Of a stretch of 64,000 nucleotides of DNA, positions 26,601 to 41,600 are shown piece by piece. The notes under the pieces were generated by a model. The model did no database searches. It was not told where the DNA came from and was given only the letters and a program-made list of their open reading frames with translations. A program made the translations under genes and the position numbers. The stretch covers positions 45,012,001-45,076,000 of the forward strand of contig OZ365110.1 of NCBI GenBank assembly GCA_977030845.1, given 5' to 3'. How positions within the stretch are numbered: the first letter of the stretch is position 1; each line of letters opens with the position of its first letter. The DNA is from Fimbriosthenelais zetlandica. Lineage: Eukaryota.

Positions 26601-29600
26601 ATTTTGTTTCGCTATGGATGGGACATCCAGACCACGGTCATGTATAGGACTGGCTTTTTTGCATACGTGACCGCTTTTCGAATGTTGCTTGGAGCTCTTA
26701 TTATGCCCACTGAATCTCATTTCCAAGGAGGGCAAGGTAGAAGGAAGCCAATTACAAAAGGGTCAGTGAATGTGTGTGAATGATTCTGAATGCCTCTAAA
26801 TATGTCGGGTGTCTGAGGCTGGTATATTATGTCGGTCATGGCATGTCATGCCTGTTAGAGGAAACGTAATAGCCTAGCAGTCCTTTTCATTCCACTTCCG
26901 ATGCCCCCTCAACAGCTAGACACTCTATTTAAATTAGGGAGAAGGCACATCAAGATTTCCCTCTGATTATATCTAACAGTAAGAAGTTGAACCATGAATA
27001 AAGTGGCGCTAAAATTTACGTGAATTGGGAGTGAATTTATGGAGATACACGTAGCTATATGTAGTTGAACCTGAATCATTAATATCGCTATGATTTTGGG
27101 CGTCAAATTCATCATTGCAAAATGAGACCAAGAACTTTGAAAGAAAGAGAAATTGGAAGAAAATAATGAAGGGGATTAGGCCTACTTTCCTCATCTCCTG
27201 GCATTATTTCCATTGAAAGTTTCAGCTGTTTCTCTCAAGGTGATGACTGGCAATTCCTTCTCTGCATTTCTTCAAGTCAAATTAACATGATAACTTTAAG
27301 GCATTTAGACAGGGATCAAAATTAGCTGAGCTAGAGCAATAGCTAATCCCATTCAAATGCTCTCCTTTATACACTCATGCTTTAACATGGAGGAAAAAAC
27401 CTCCCTTCACCTGTCTGTGTTGCCAATTGGCAGAGCAGCACCTAATTCAGCAGCAAACGACAATATTGCTCTGATATTTGAAACACCTCGAGTATATGAA
27501 ACACTGAGCCATGTGAGGCTTTGACCTTCAGCTTCCCATAAATGTAAGCAAATCAGGCATCACATTTGGCATTAAAAGCAGTCACTGAAACTATTGGCCC
27601 AAATCTCAGTCATTTCTTTCCCGCTTTTTCTTATGAAATATCCGGCTTGCACCTGCAGTCTGTCAAGAACATTAATTATAATTTCTGCGCTGTGCATGCT
27701 CTCCAACTCATATTGGAGTATATGGTAACCAGTAGTCTGGTAAAGGTAAAATCGTTTCTCCTATATAATTGATCACGATCTGTAAACGGAGCGGCTTTGT
27801 TGTGGATCCCTTTTTATGCATGAATATAATAATATGATGTATATGAGATATTATCTCCATATCATTCAATTGTATTATTATTGATTATCACACTTTCATG
27901 GAGACGCATTTACCCCAGCTTCATATAATTGTTTTTGAAATATAGGTCTATCATATCACAGACTTGGTATTATGCATACATGTCACAGACTTAATTTTCT
28001 GAATAATGCAAGTGAGTATAAATTATTATTTAGACCGCCATCCAATTGATGAATGATTAATGAAGGCTTTTATTAGTCGTTTCTTGGTGGTAAGTAGTCA
28101 ATCAAATAATATGTGGTCTGCAGGGCATCAATTACCCATTTAGCCCGAGTCACTTGTCTGGCATAAATGTAGCACCAATAGCTGGGCTTGGCATTATTCA
28201 GGCCTATAGCTATGTTATGGATGGTTATTTTCCCCTTAATATCTGCTGTGGCCTCTGTCACATTGCCTTCGCTCGGTCCCATTTATAAGGTCATGCAAGC
28301 AATAAAACAGAGAGTCCTATGCGCAACGGCACCCCCAACTTGCCCGTTATTGGCGCTACAATCTCAGACAATGCCCTTGAAGTTGGGCAAGCCTAGGTTG
28401 GTCCATCAGGCGATGTCGCTAGGACCAGCTAAAAATCGTTCTGTGGGGAGCAAAAGGGTCGCCCAAGTGGCGGCCCTTGTCAGATTTCATTCACTTGGGC
28501 CTTCCGGGGATCCGGCATGCTTTATAACTCCGATCAAGGCGATCAATAGTGGTAGAAATTCAAGCATTCCGAGAGGATGAACGACACATGCCATGTGGAT
28601 TTACAACAAAAAACTTAATAAAGTCCAAAAATTGTCAGCCCACTCCTCGGCCACTGCCTTCCGATATGGATGGTTTATCAGATTATGAAGAACTTTTATT
28701 GCAGAGAAGTATTGGAATGTTCTTATTTTTAGCCCCGAGGAGATATTCCAATAGGGAGAGATGGGCTTTTGAATTTATGTGATTTGACTGTCATGATTAG
28801 TTCCAGAATCCCCGGGGGCTTTTATGTAATTTTATGGCTTTCCATTTTCTTAGTCCTAGTAATACGTCAACTGAGTCAAATGTTTGTTGACCTGAATTAG
28901 ATGAGAGGTTCTTAGTCACTTTTCATGTATATGGTGTGTTTGTCAATATATCAATGTTTCTTCTCCACTTCTCGTTAAAGTCAGAGTATTAATCTCGTTC
29001 CTTTAAGCTCCCTTGGGTACAGATCTCGCCCTATCACCTTTGTAAACAGCCTCCGCTAATCATTTAACTAGTGATGCTTCAGCTGTGCAAATGTCCTTAA
29101 CCCAAATCCAGTCGTTGCAACAACGAGGAAGAACTCTAACTGCACGCTAGTCCTAGAATTTCTACACAAATTAATACAGGTAAGTACGAGAAAGAACATC
29201 GTAACAGATTACTCTCTTCCATGATGCTTCAATGGAATTATAATCCTAGATAGGTTTTTTTCAAGATGATCATCTAATGTGGATTCGTCTGGCACAAGGC
29301 TTGGGAAGGCATTGTGCGACCATCCTCTTGATTTGACACCTATTACTAGTGGGACCTATATTGCGTTATGCTAATCGCATCATTAATCCCATGTGTGACA
29401 TCGACGACCACTCCAACTGCTCAAGTTTCATGATTGGAGGTTAAAACCAACCCAGCCAATCCGTCTCACATTTTGTTTGCCTGAGTACTTCATTGCAGTT
29501 TTAGCACTGATGCATTTTATATGCCACTTAACAGAATAGAAGGATGTATGGTCCTCCTTCTGTCAGCCTCTCTGATGTGATTATAATTGCAAGGTGGAAG

Positions 29601-32600
29601 AAATTCCACTTTGGGTAGGGGATGCTTTTTCTACACTGGTCTGGGTAATGGAAAACATGCCATATTAAAGCCTACCTCATGAATCAAGTTCTCTGAGACA
29701 ATTGCCTTTCTTTAGGGAGACAGAAGCAATTATGTCAAGAATAATAGTGCAGTGAAAGACAGCTAGCAAATTCATATTGCATTGAGTAGGGTCTATCTAG
29801 GAAAATCATGCAGGTCCCTCTGATGCTGGCTATCAACAAGTTTTAAGCACAGATACTTTTTTTCAAACAGAAATTATAGTATCTTTTCTTGAACATGTAG
29901 CATGGACCCAATTATATCCCATCAGAAAGGATATTACTATAATGCATAGCATAAAACGGCAGAACATGCACGTTTGATGACATATAAATAATAATATGAC
30001 TAATAATCAATGAACAGCAGGTTATTAAGCAATCAGCAGTTAGCAACGAATAAACAGCATGTTCTTAACAACATAAGACATATGTTATACGATAAAACAA
30101 TAAACTACTAGACTTTCAAAAAAAAGCAGCTGAATGTAGCTTAGGATGCCTACTTGTTAATTACGTGTAGAGTTATTTGTAGTAAACCCGGTGGCATGTA
30201 ACCAGCCTCAGTAACTGGCCTGTCCTGACACATGGTCTTCCAGACATTAATTGAAAGGAATTACCATCGACTTGGCATGGCTTTCTGAGAGGCCTTGAAC
30301 CGGGAGCCAAAGGGACAATGATCGTCGGACGTACTCCTAACTTTAATTGTTTCCTTGGCCATTTATCCCAAGGACCCAATTCCTTCATTGGAATGCGATT
30401 CTTTACTACTAGTCCATGAGAAATGGAGTATTAGGAGAAAAAAACCTGAGCAAGTCTCTTACAGCAAAATGCCTTTACCCCACTCGAAAGCCCCTAGATT
30501 AATGTCGCGGGGGTGTCTCTATCCAATTAGAAGTAATTAAGCATCTTCATTAAATTCTAGCTATATCTTGTAAGAAGGGAGTTGAACTCCAATCCCCGAG
30601 AGTGCCCTCAGCCTCTGCCGTTTGTGTGTTGGGAAAAGAGGATTCTATTACGTGGTATTAGATTAGGGGTTACTAGGGGAAATCAGCAAATTATATGAAA
30701 TTGAATTATACTCGAATGGAAGTGCTTTCAGCTCTGTCAATTCAATTGAATACTGACTGTCATTTTGAAGGTTTTGCTCATACCGAAACTACATTGAGGA
30801 TTAGTGAGAGGTTTCGTCTAATACGTTGGACATCAGTGCTTCCACTTATATGTGTTATATGGCCTACACCAGACAGCAACATTGACCAGAGAGGAAATGA
30901 AGATCCATTTGATGGCTGTACTTAATTAGCAGACTTCTAACAGGGCCTTTCACTGTGAAGTGGATTTTACTTTAGTCTTCACAGGAATATAAACATAGAA
31001 GCACGCGGCTTTCAATGAAATGTTCTGTTAAAACTAACCTCTTTTGATGGACCTTCAAGGAAAACTGCTTCATATTTGGAACATATATCGAGCCTGTATC
31101 AGGCCCTGTATAGTTTTCTATGCACGAAGTTTGCACTGAAGCCTGCAGTAATTCTCTTTTCCTGAACTACTTATGAAATATGGCATTCTGACACACAACA
31201 TCCCAGGAGAGACTATGTGTCATGTTTTATTTCCTGTGATTTTTTCAAAGAAAAGGTTTATTGTGGACAAGAATGAGAAATGACGTGGCAGGTTCTTTTT
31301 TATCACAGCCAGGACTGTTTCATTTCCCTGGAACTTGTCTCATCGGGACTGCATGGTTAGCAATAGGTTCAGCTATCCACCAGGGCTCTATAGTTTGTAA
31401 GCATGCAGCACAAGTAAAAGAACAAACACCAAAGCGATGTAGTCTTTTCCATGGTGAAAGTATATCATATAGTCGCAACATATTCTTGTACAATTATAAA
31501 TAAATAGTACCTAATTATAAAAAAAATAAAAGGTGGTCACTTCAATGAAATGCCTCATGAGGGGGAAATGTCCTTCTAGAAGGCTTCAGATTTCTGTGAT
31601 CAGTCATGATCTTGATCCAATATATGCAGTTGTAGGCCTACTTGAAATAAACTCATGTACTCTATGTAGAATAATGGAATTATACCGACACAGATGCCTG
31701 TATATGAGCGATCCCGTTCCTTCTGATCACATCCTATATGGATCTAACCTGCTTTAAGCGGCTATCAAACGGTCCGTACTCAGCTATATGGACAGAATAC
31801 AGAGCAATCTCCTCATTTGATCTGACGGCTATGGTTCAGGAAGAGCATTGGCATCGATGTGCACTATTGGATTCTGACACGATCATGAGAAACCTGCTAT
31901 TTTGGCTGGGCCACCAAGACATGTGTAACCCCTTGATAATTTCCCTGACCTATGCTTTCTGAAATATGGGAGACCATCCTGCGCTGCAGATTGCATTTTC
32001 CAGGGCAAAAGGTCCTCAGCAACAGATGCACTGATACACTATCTAAAAGCAAGGTTTAACCAAAGCTTTTCAGTATATAAATGTATGCAGTGTCCCGTAT
32101 AACTGGGATTATTTCTAGATATGAATGGTAAAAAATGTGACATGACTGTTTTGGTCTTTATCTGTGATCATTTAGTGCTGTATGAAATCGATGCCAGACT
32201 ACATGCTATTCGTTCTGTAGAGGCAATTCAACATGCTATTGGAAACTTGTAGTATGCTTGAGAAGATGAGTTGCATCATTTATGTCGCCTCGGCGGATGG
32301 CTGGTACCTTTATAGCTGCACATAGTGACTGTCGATAAACAACAAGTTGTTTTGCTGGGAGAAGTTCGATAACCACAACCCAATCAATATACTTGAGTCA
32401 CGTTCGATATATATCTACCATCAATTACACCTTGAAAGCTTGGTTTCTATTGCCATTTGGCGACTTTAATAAAAAAGGGTTTGTTCCCAGTCCATTCCTA
32501 ATTACGCAGTGTTCTGCAAGCAGCAAACTCAGATAAAGCTGGTGCTTTGCACAACTCTCCTCTCATTGCTTATCGTTGGATGGCTCGTCCATCTATAGCC

Positions 32601-35600
32601 AATGTATAAAAAGACTGGAATGGTGCTGGGTATTGCGAGTCCCTTGATTGCCTGGGATATTACTGCCTTCGTGAGGAAAACGTTTTCGCTGCCTTGACAG
32701 GACAGTATGGTTGTAACAGCAATGTCCTAAAAACTAAGAGCCAACCGCGTTATTAAATAAATGCTGAAACACCATAGAATTGGCAATGCCTGTAATAGTA
32801 GGTCAACCATAAGTTGAATCCCTCTTTTGCCCCATGAGCAGTATCATGTGAGTAGAGGATCTGGCCAATAGGCCTGAAGATTTATTCATTAATCCTCGAT
32901 ATACAATGGGTCAACCCCGATAAAGCTCTTCTTCATTGTTGGCCAGGATAGGATGGATCTTCTGGGACACCAGCAGGGCATAAATCGAGCACAGCTAGGA
33001 CGCATTGGTTTATCAAAGCTGTCGCTTCGTCCAGTAATGGCTCCATCGCTTTTCTGGCTTGACCTTTCTTCTTAGGCTTCCTTTTGTGAAGAGGTTGGCA
33101 CCATTTTCTATTGTGCCTACATGGGAGGGGAGGTCCACCAGTCATAAATTGGTCACTTAGTTCCCGGCTGGCAGAGGGATGAACATTCATATCTCGGGCA
33201 CCTTTGCTTGTCTGATAGCATTCTATCTTGAGGAATGTATAGCCTCCCAGAGAGAAAACTTAATACCCATAATGAAAGGTAAGGAGACAAGAAAAAGCCG
33301 GAAAGATGTCTGTGGTGAGGCGCCTAGAATTGCCCTTTTAAACAAGTATAGCCATATGACCTAGCTGCTGGATTTTGACAAAAGCGACAGATTTGCTGGT
33401 TAAATTCCCGAATTTTATATATAGCCTTGGCTGCGATTGATTGCTAGGGTATGATTGCAGCTCCTTGATGATATGCTAGACGCTCTTTCATAAAAAAGAA
33501 TGGCATTAGGTGATAGACATAACATGCATTTTTCATGAAACAGCACCATAGATCTTCATCATCAGACAATAATGAGATTCTATATTGCCTCAAACTTCTA
33601 TAGGGTTAACATGTATACCTTCATTACATTGTAATCTCCAGATCCTAACCCCACTTCCATTTGTTCCCCTAATTGAACTGTAAAAGCAAATTGAATGAGT
33701 TATCATTCATTTTGAAAGGCAATAATTTCGTTGGTGTAGGCCTTTTAACGATACCGGTAAAAACATTGAAACGTTCATTTAATGCTAGACGTGGATGCAT
33801 AGGATTTTATGGCCTAACAGCTGTAATTCAAATTAATGCCACTTTGTTCCCATCAAAGGATAATGGTGAAAATAGCAGGGATAAAATCAGAAGTTCTCCT
33901 TGTTTAACAGTGATGTATTTGTAGTCACTAGAAAACTTTTTATCTGTCATTATTCATGAATGACAGATAAATCAAGCAGTAGAGAGAACTAGGGAAAACG
34001 GCATGTTAAAGTCCCATTATGAAGTCATGTGACAGGAGTGTAAATAATGGGGCTTCCTTCACTGTTGGCTTGTTATCTTTTTATCTGTGAAAAGCTTCAC
34101 ACGGTAAGCTTATGAGCTGGTTCCTAAAATTTAACCAGAACACTCATAACTAGCCATGATATCTATGTCGTAAAATATTCGATGATATTTAAATTGATCT
34201 AATTGATATGGGTGAAATTCTTTCAGGTCCTAGAGGAATACATCAAGGTGATTGAAGAAGAAAGTATCCGGGACAACTTTGTGATAATCTACGAGCTACT
34301 CGACGAGTTGATGGACTTTGGGTATCCACAAACAACAGACACGAGCATTCTACAAGAGTAAGTCCTTCTCTCCTTCTCCGCAATTACTTCCAGCAAGTGT
34401 TCCTTCCTCTAATTGCTCGTGTTCTACTCTAAGCAGCCGGATGCCGGTCCTCAATCTGTAGCGTTTATGTTGTGACAAATGAAAGGCAGCTACTATGGCC
34501 CTTGATAAATGACCCATGACATTTACGTGGGTTACCAATAGTATAGAATCCTCAAGGTTCATTTTGCAAGGTTTCCTCAGAGGAAATGCTAATTAATGGT
34601 AATAGTTTTGTCCGGAATAAATAAAGGTCTGAATGTCTTTGAGTGGCAGAGTTCTCTTCCAATAGGACCTACATTTTTTTTAAAGAATACTTCCCTGTTT
34701 TTGCGGAGCCTGTTAGAATTTATTTTCAAGAAGAAAATTACATTCAATGAACCCAAGGAGTTTGATTAAGTACCAAATCCCTTTCATTAGGCAAAGAACA
34801 GTGGAAAGAGCATCAAGGTGATTTCATAAGAAAATCATCGCCTTTTACTGGCGGCTTAGTCTTGGACAAAGTGCTGTCAATCGCTTCACAGACGATTTGC
34901 CTATTTGAGTCATTATCCTAGCTTCAGAATGGTTCGTACTGGCTGTAAATGGCCGTATTACCACTCATAGCTGGCTGTTTAAGACAACATTCACCCAATA
35001 TATATCTTCTACAGACTCCATTCCTCCGTCGCTGAATTAAATGAGCAGCTCCCAGTCCTAAAAATAATGTGAATCGATTTTGTGGCCTATACTCAAATCC
35101 ATTCACTTCAAGACGCCCAGTCGAAATATCCTATGTACAGAATGGAAGAATGTATCACATTTCTGCGTTACATCCAGGCAAGATTGGTCCTCGCAGATCG
35201 ACTCTTGGCACACGAAGCATTGGTTATTCCTAATGATCAATGTAATTAATGTTCCAATACTCGCTCCCCACTCTATAATTGTACCCCGAGACAACCGATT
35301 TTGTCCGGGAGATGTAGTATTGGACTGGTCTCCAATCCAGAATAAGTAGTGCCTATTGATACTTGTTGGCCATGGGATCACTTCTGGCTGGCAATTAATC
35401 TGTCCCGTAAAACAACCATTCAATGTGCCTGTCTTTCGTCTAATCCCAAGCCTCCTAGGCCTGCTGCAGTTATCTAGTTCATCTAGTATTAATCCAAAAG
35501 CTGATGTTCAATGCCTGGCTCTTGTATCACTTGTTGCCCAATATATTTGCAGGTATATCACTCAGGAGAGCCATCGAATGGAAGTTGGGGCTCCCAAGCC

Positions 35601-38600
35601 TCCGTCCACTCTTACAACAGCAGTTTCATGGAGGCCCGAAGGTATTGAATACAAGAAGAATGAAGTCTTCCTGGATGTTATAGAGTCCGTCAACCTACTG
35701 GTAAGTAAACCTCATTCATTTTCAATGCATGTCCAGATTCCTTCACGGCCTTCATTCTGTATCAGTCTTGAGCTTTTACATCTTCATTTTTTATACATTG
35801 AATGATCAAAAGCATTGGTCCCTCATTGCCAACAACTAAAACAATTTTGATCTGGCCATCTTTGAGAGATGAAAATACATGATGAGAAATGTACATGTCT
35901 GCTAAATTGCATATATGTACAAAAAAGAGGCGGACCTAAGCACATACATGCCATTACCCTCTCCATACTTTAATAGGGGAAATGCCTTTATAAATATAGC
36001 CTACATATATGAAGCAATGCATTTGCCTTCCCACAGAGAAGTTGTGCACGGACCCTATGTATGCTGCATTCGCTAAAAGGTTATGGAAGTATGAGTCAGC
36101 CAGTTAGGGCTTAATGTGTTCATACTCCCGCTTCTCCCTTCAGCTTTATGTAATATGCATTAGGTACATACTTGTAGGCCTACTAGCAGGATCGAGGTGT
36201 TCTTTCATGAGAAAAAAAGTTAGGAGATACGCACCTCCTAATGCTATATTTTCTATGGGAAAAATAGCTGTGCATCTTTAGTGAAAAAGGCCCTGAAAAG
36301 CAGGAGCTGCAACACAGGCAGCGTGATCATGGGTGATCCAAAACAGGGGTCTCAGACGTGTAGCAGAGTAGGAATTATAGTTAATGTAGGCTGGTAGATA
36401 TCACTAATGTAGGTGTCGCTGGTGTTCCGATATACAAGAACCCCACACTGTAATTGAATCATGTCAGCAGGGCAAGCTGCTATTGATGGATGAACACCAA
36501 GTCAAACGTGGGCACTGCCCGCATTGAGCGTTGGGTTTGTTTATAAACTAGCCAGCGTGCCCCAGGAAAAAAAACCCCTACAGCAAGGTCAAGAAAGCAT
36601 CTCAGCCAATGAGTTACTCAATTACAGCCTGTGAGAAACTCATTTCAGGCGGAGCCATTAGCGATGCATGGATTCTAGCGTTTTGGGGACTAGCCCTTTT
36701 AGGGGCATGTTAGGGAGATAACTTCTTCAGCCGCCTTGTGTATTTATTTTAGATCCATCAGGGAGGGGACCTGTCAGCAGGCCCTCCTGGTCAAACCATT
36801 CACTCCCCGCCTTCCTCTGTGAGACAGTAATTGATTCTGGACAGTTTAGAGAGGCTCGGGTTTGAATCTGAAAGCCTCTCTTGAAACTCAATTGTCTCCC
36901 TGCAAACACTGCTTAGCTTGTCATCCTTTATTGAATTGCTGAAAAGTGGAATTCTATCCAAATGTTTTACAGCACCCGAAGCAAAGATATATTTAGTCAT
37001 TTTCTATAGTCATTTTCTCCATATTTATGTTCTGAAAAAAAAACTGTTAGTCATATTCTAAAGGGCTCCTTCGCATTAAGCAATGAGGTCAAATTGACCG
37101 TGCATGAAACCTATAATCACCTATGTCCATCCAATTTAAATGAAATTACTCCCATCCAACATTGCTCGTTGGGATTGTGGCTATACATGTCCGCAAAACT
37201 GTTAATAATTCATGTGTCAACCAATATACTTATATCATGAATGTCAATAAGCCAACGGGCAGAGAGATCCATCTAGTGATAGAGTTTGTTGGAACATTGA
37301 ATATTTTATAATTATACCTGGAAATAGATCCGATCTCTCCGAAATATGGTTTGAATTATTTGCAATTCCTTGGGGAATGATCTTGCGTTTTTCTTTCTAT
37401 AATTTCCCTCACAATTGAAAATATATTTTTGGTCTGGAGCAGGGATTGCACCAAGTGGAAATTGAAATTAAAATTGTAGCTTATGTAACTTCGAACAGTG
37501 CGTATTGGGTTACAATGTCCAAAGTGTATACTAAGGTGGGCTATATGAATGCATGCTCTATCCTTTCTTATGGCATTTCCTGTGCCAATATATAGAACAG
37601 TAAGGGTGTCAATTCCCTGACGTATCCTTGTATTAAGCAAGCAATTGTTTCAGCACCCATTATTGATTTCCATTTAGTGATGAAGGCCAGTGATAACCTT
37701 ATATTATCTCCACACTCGCCAGGTGAGCTCGGCTGGGAACACGTTACGGAATGAAATCAATGGGACGGTTCAGATGCGGGTACAGCTAACAGGCATGCCG
37801 GAACTACGGCTCGGCCTCAATGACAAGGTGCTTTTCGAAAACACGGGACGTAAGTAAAGCTCCTTTAATATGACCTTATACAACAGCCATGCATTGACAA
37901 ATTATATTTACCTAATTCATCTCATTCAAAGGATCTTTTCAGATATAAAATAGCCGTAAATATAAAGTTCCTTCAATATGAGGACTCAATGGGAATGTAT
38001 GGTAATATGACTTGTAGGTATATATTGGATTTGTATGGGTATTGTTCTGCAGTTTTATAGTTATGCAGAAATGAAATTGAACACTATTTCAAAGTTTCAT
38101 TGAGCACAATATGATCTGACTTTTGAAACTTGTCATGTTCGTATAGAACTGTTACTAAAAGCAGAGGGCTGACTCTGCACTTTCATAATGCTGAACAGCT
38201 TCTATTTTTCATGAAATACTGAATGATGCATGGAGTTCTTGTAATAAATCTAGCAACAAAATATGCAAACCTGTCAAACTGGTCAGCAATTATACATGTA
38301 TAAGCCTATTTGAATAATTATCTCAGTCTAAGACTACCGGCATATTTTCTATATTCGGATACAAAAATCTAATGAAAAATGTATGTAAATGGGCAGCTAT
38401 AGGCATACGTAACAGGTCCAATAGGATTTCTGGAGTATACAATAGTACATAGTGCTTTCCACCCGAGCGGGCTGACTTTAAGTCTTCTAGCTTGTATAAT
38501 GTCTAATCTAATAGCACTCTAGCTACAGTAGTTCATCTCAATTGGATTGCGTTTGTCTTATAAAGATCGTCGCCTATAATGAAAACAAAAAACGACGCCA

Positions 38601-41600
38601 ACAAAGGCACCTAATATGAATTTCGCACAGGGGTGTTACATTTTGAACAGTCTTAAGAACGTAAACAAGCAAACAGATGAATGACTGTCATTTTTATCCA
38701 TATCTTTTAATGGGAAGCGTCTTATCCACATTACAAGCTCAGCCCCTCCAACTCCCCTTCCCTCGTGGCGGCTCTAAGCTGTGCTACTCAGATAACAGCG
38801 ACATTGATTTTCTCTCTTTTTGATCGATGCCAATTTTAGTGACACCCAGGAGAGACATGGGACCATCTCCGAGGCCAAGGTGATTTTGGGATCATCACTG
38901 GAACGACCTTCATTTCACCCCACCCATGATCTTGTGATCTCCCCATGGCCAAATGAACCAACAAGGAAATTGAGACTTGATAATGCATTCATTATTATAG
39001 ACAGTTCGTGGGGAATGAAAGATGAATGATTCAGAGCTTTCGAAGGATTTAATTTAATTCTAGAAGGCACATCAACACACCTGTGTCTCTCGAAGGCTTA
39101 CATTGCTACACAAACTGAAACCAACTAAGCAAAGTATTTCTTGAGATTCATTAGTGAACGAGGATTTGCTCTGCGAGTAAAGAGCCGGGAACACATTTAA
39201 TCCACATTAACATATCCACAGGGAGTTATACGGATTAAAAATAAACCCTGTCGTGCAGATCTAGAACACGGCCTTTTTATAGGAGACAAAAGGGGAAAAC
39301 AGATTAATTCTACGAGACTACGAGATGGGTTTTTGGTTGCACGGTCCATGGGCATATGCAAAGGAGGGATGTTCTTCTATACATACTCCACTTTTTATAG
39401 GGTAATCATATCATGACAGTAATGAAATATGGAAGTATGCATGCTGCTTTTATTTAAAAATCCATCGTTAGCTGTGATAGACTGGGTGTGGAGGTGTTTT
39501 ATTAGCCGTGTGCACTAGTCTTAAAACCCCATTAATCATCCCAAATCAGCGAGATTAAGCTTCACCGTTGGGTATGCTGGTCGGTGACTAGGGTGGAGTC
39601 TTTTCTGTGTGGTCTTGTTTTCCGACTGTAAGGGTCTGGTAAGAAGATCATTTTTCACAGCCAGGTAGGATCAGGTGCTTACTGGGGTATTCACTCCACA
39701 TCCCTTGAGGTGTCACCAAGGGCTTTGTGAATGATCACGAGCACAAAGCCAATGTGAACACTGGGCTACTTTATCAATACCTTACATTAACCGTTGGGGC
39801 GGGAACCCCCTCCTTAAAAATAGCCCATCTAGGGGAGTGAGGGCACTAGCAGTCGATGCCCTGGGAGGGCTGTGAGAAAAGGGCGACTACATGCAATCCA
39901 TGGGCTTTTAAGAAACCCCTTGCCCCTGGTCATATTCTCATTATTTATTTTGCCCCTCGGAGAAAAACAATTACTTGCTGGGTTCTTAAGGAAGTGCCAA
40001 TTAGGTGAGCGCACTGGGTTATTGATTAAATTTCCCACCTCTTTTTCATTTGTTTTCATGTTGCAGGTGGAAGAAGCAAGTCTGTTGATATGGAGGATGT
40101 AAAATTCCACCAATGTGTGAGGTTATCACGGTTTGATAACGATCGGACTATTTCCTTCATTCCCCCCGATGGCGAGTTTGAATTGATGTCCTATAGACTC
40201 CAATCACACGTAAGTTCTTGAGAAAATAACATTGATCACCGAGTAATATCATCCCCTGAAGCCAGACCTCAGTAAACATCCATCCCTTCTCGTCAGACGG
40301 AACTGATTTAATCCAGTTTCATGAACATAGCCCATCCGATAACGCATAAAGTTGTCAACGTCCTTACCATATAGCACTCTTGATTGAATAATCTTTGGCG
40401 ACAGGCCTTCGATAAATTCGAGTAAAATAGGTAATAAAGAAAACAGATAGTGTATATATTAGCAGAGTAATGATACTATGGTTATGGGGCCCTGGCATGA
40501 AAGGCTTGATTAAGTTGCACTTGTATGCTTCTGCCCTGCCTGCCTTTGGGATAGACTAATAATTCATACAATTAGCCCGGAGTAAAATAAGTACCCAAGT
40601 ATCCAAGTAATTGTATACATATACAGTCTACATACACCACGAGGTTTTAGCCTGTCCTGATTTATCTTCCCATTTTTTCATGTTCAATTAAAACCTTCAG
40701 GATGATAGGGTTTTAAACAAGGCATGTAGGAAATGCTACTGTCTGAAGTGTCAGCCTTTAATCGTTACACATTGGCATGTACGTTTTTGCCTTATCTTCC
40801 AGTCTAAACCGTTAATATGGGTGGAATCAGTAGTGGAGAAACACGCCCACAGTCGAGTTGAATACATGATAAAGGTGAGTATAAGGGTTGGTGGAGGTGA
40901 AATATCACCTGTAAGCTTCCCATTAGTGAGCCTTCACTGTCCGCCCTTCAAACTTTCATTCAGTCTTTGCTCGTTCCTCTTTCAGTCACTTTTTACCAAA
41001 GCCAGCTCAATGTTTCATCATTGATGCTGCTTACAAAGCTACTATATATACCCACGCGACTGCGCTGGTAAATTAAGGAATAGTACAGTTTAGGCTTGGA
41101 AGACAGGAGCGTTTTAATTCAGAAGAAACTTTACATTAATGATCATTCGCTAGATCATCCATAAAGACTATAACGCATGTCTTCAAAAGAATCTTCCTTT
41201 GGTGCCAGATTTAAAAAACCTAGTCTCCACTCGATCTGTTCGCTCAGGTTTAATATGGATTCAATGTTCATGTCTGTGGCCATTTTTACAGCTCAATCTG
41301 TCATGGGTTTTGGTGTGGGTGACTCCATTGCATGCTGTGGGTTTCATTTTGTGATCAATCTAGTTTTTCACCGACAACACCGCAGTGAATGTCCCCCTCC
41401 AGTCAGGGGTCGCAAGGCATGTGTTTAGTTGCCAACTTCGTTAACCCAAACTGTCTATACAAGATCACAGGTCAATGAGGAGAAAAGCCCAGTAACTCTT
41501 AGCAGCTACCTCATTTTCAGCTTCATTTTTAGGAGGGCATGCTCTGCTATTTCTCATTTGTTGCCAGTGTTAAATTGTCCGCTGGCATTTACTGAGTTTG

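Noticed and set aside
31700-31960. Possible Gypsy integrase remnant on the minus strand (SWWPS...[12 protein letters not shown])
   Set aside because: Suggestive but heavily decayed; left uncalled.
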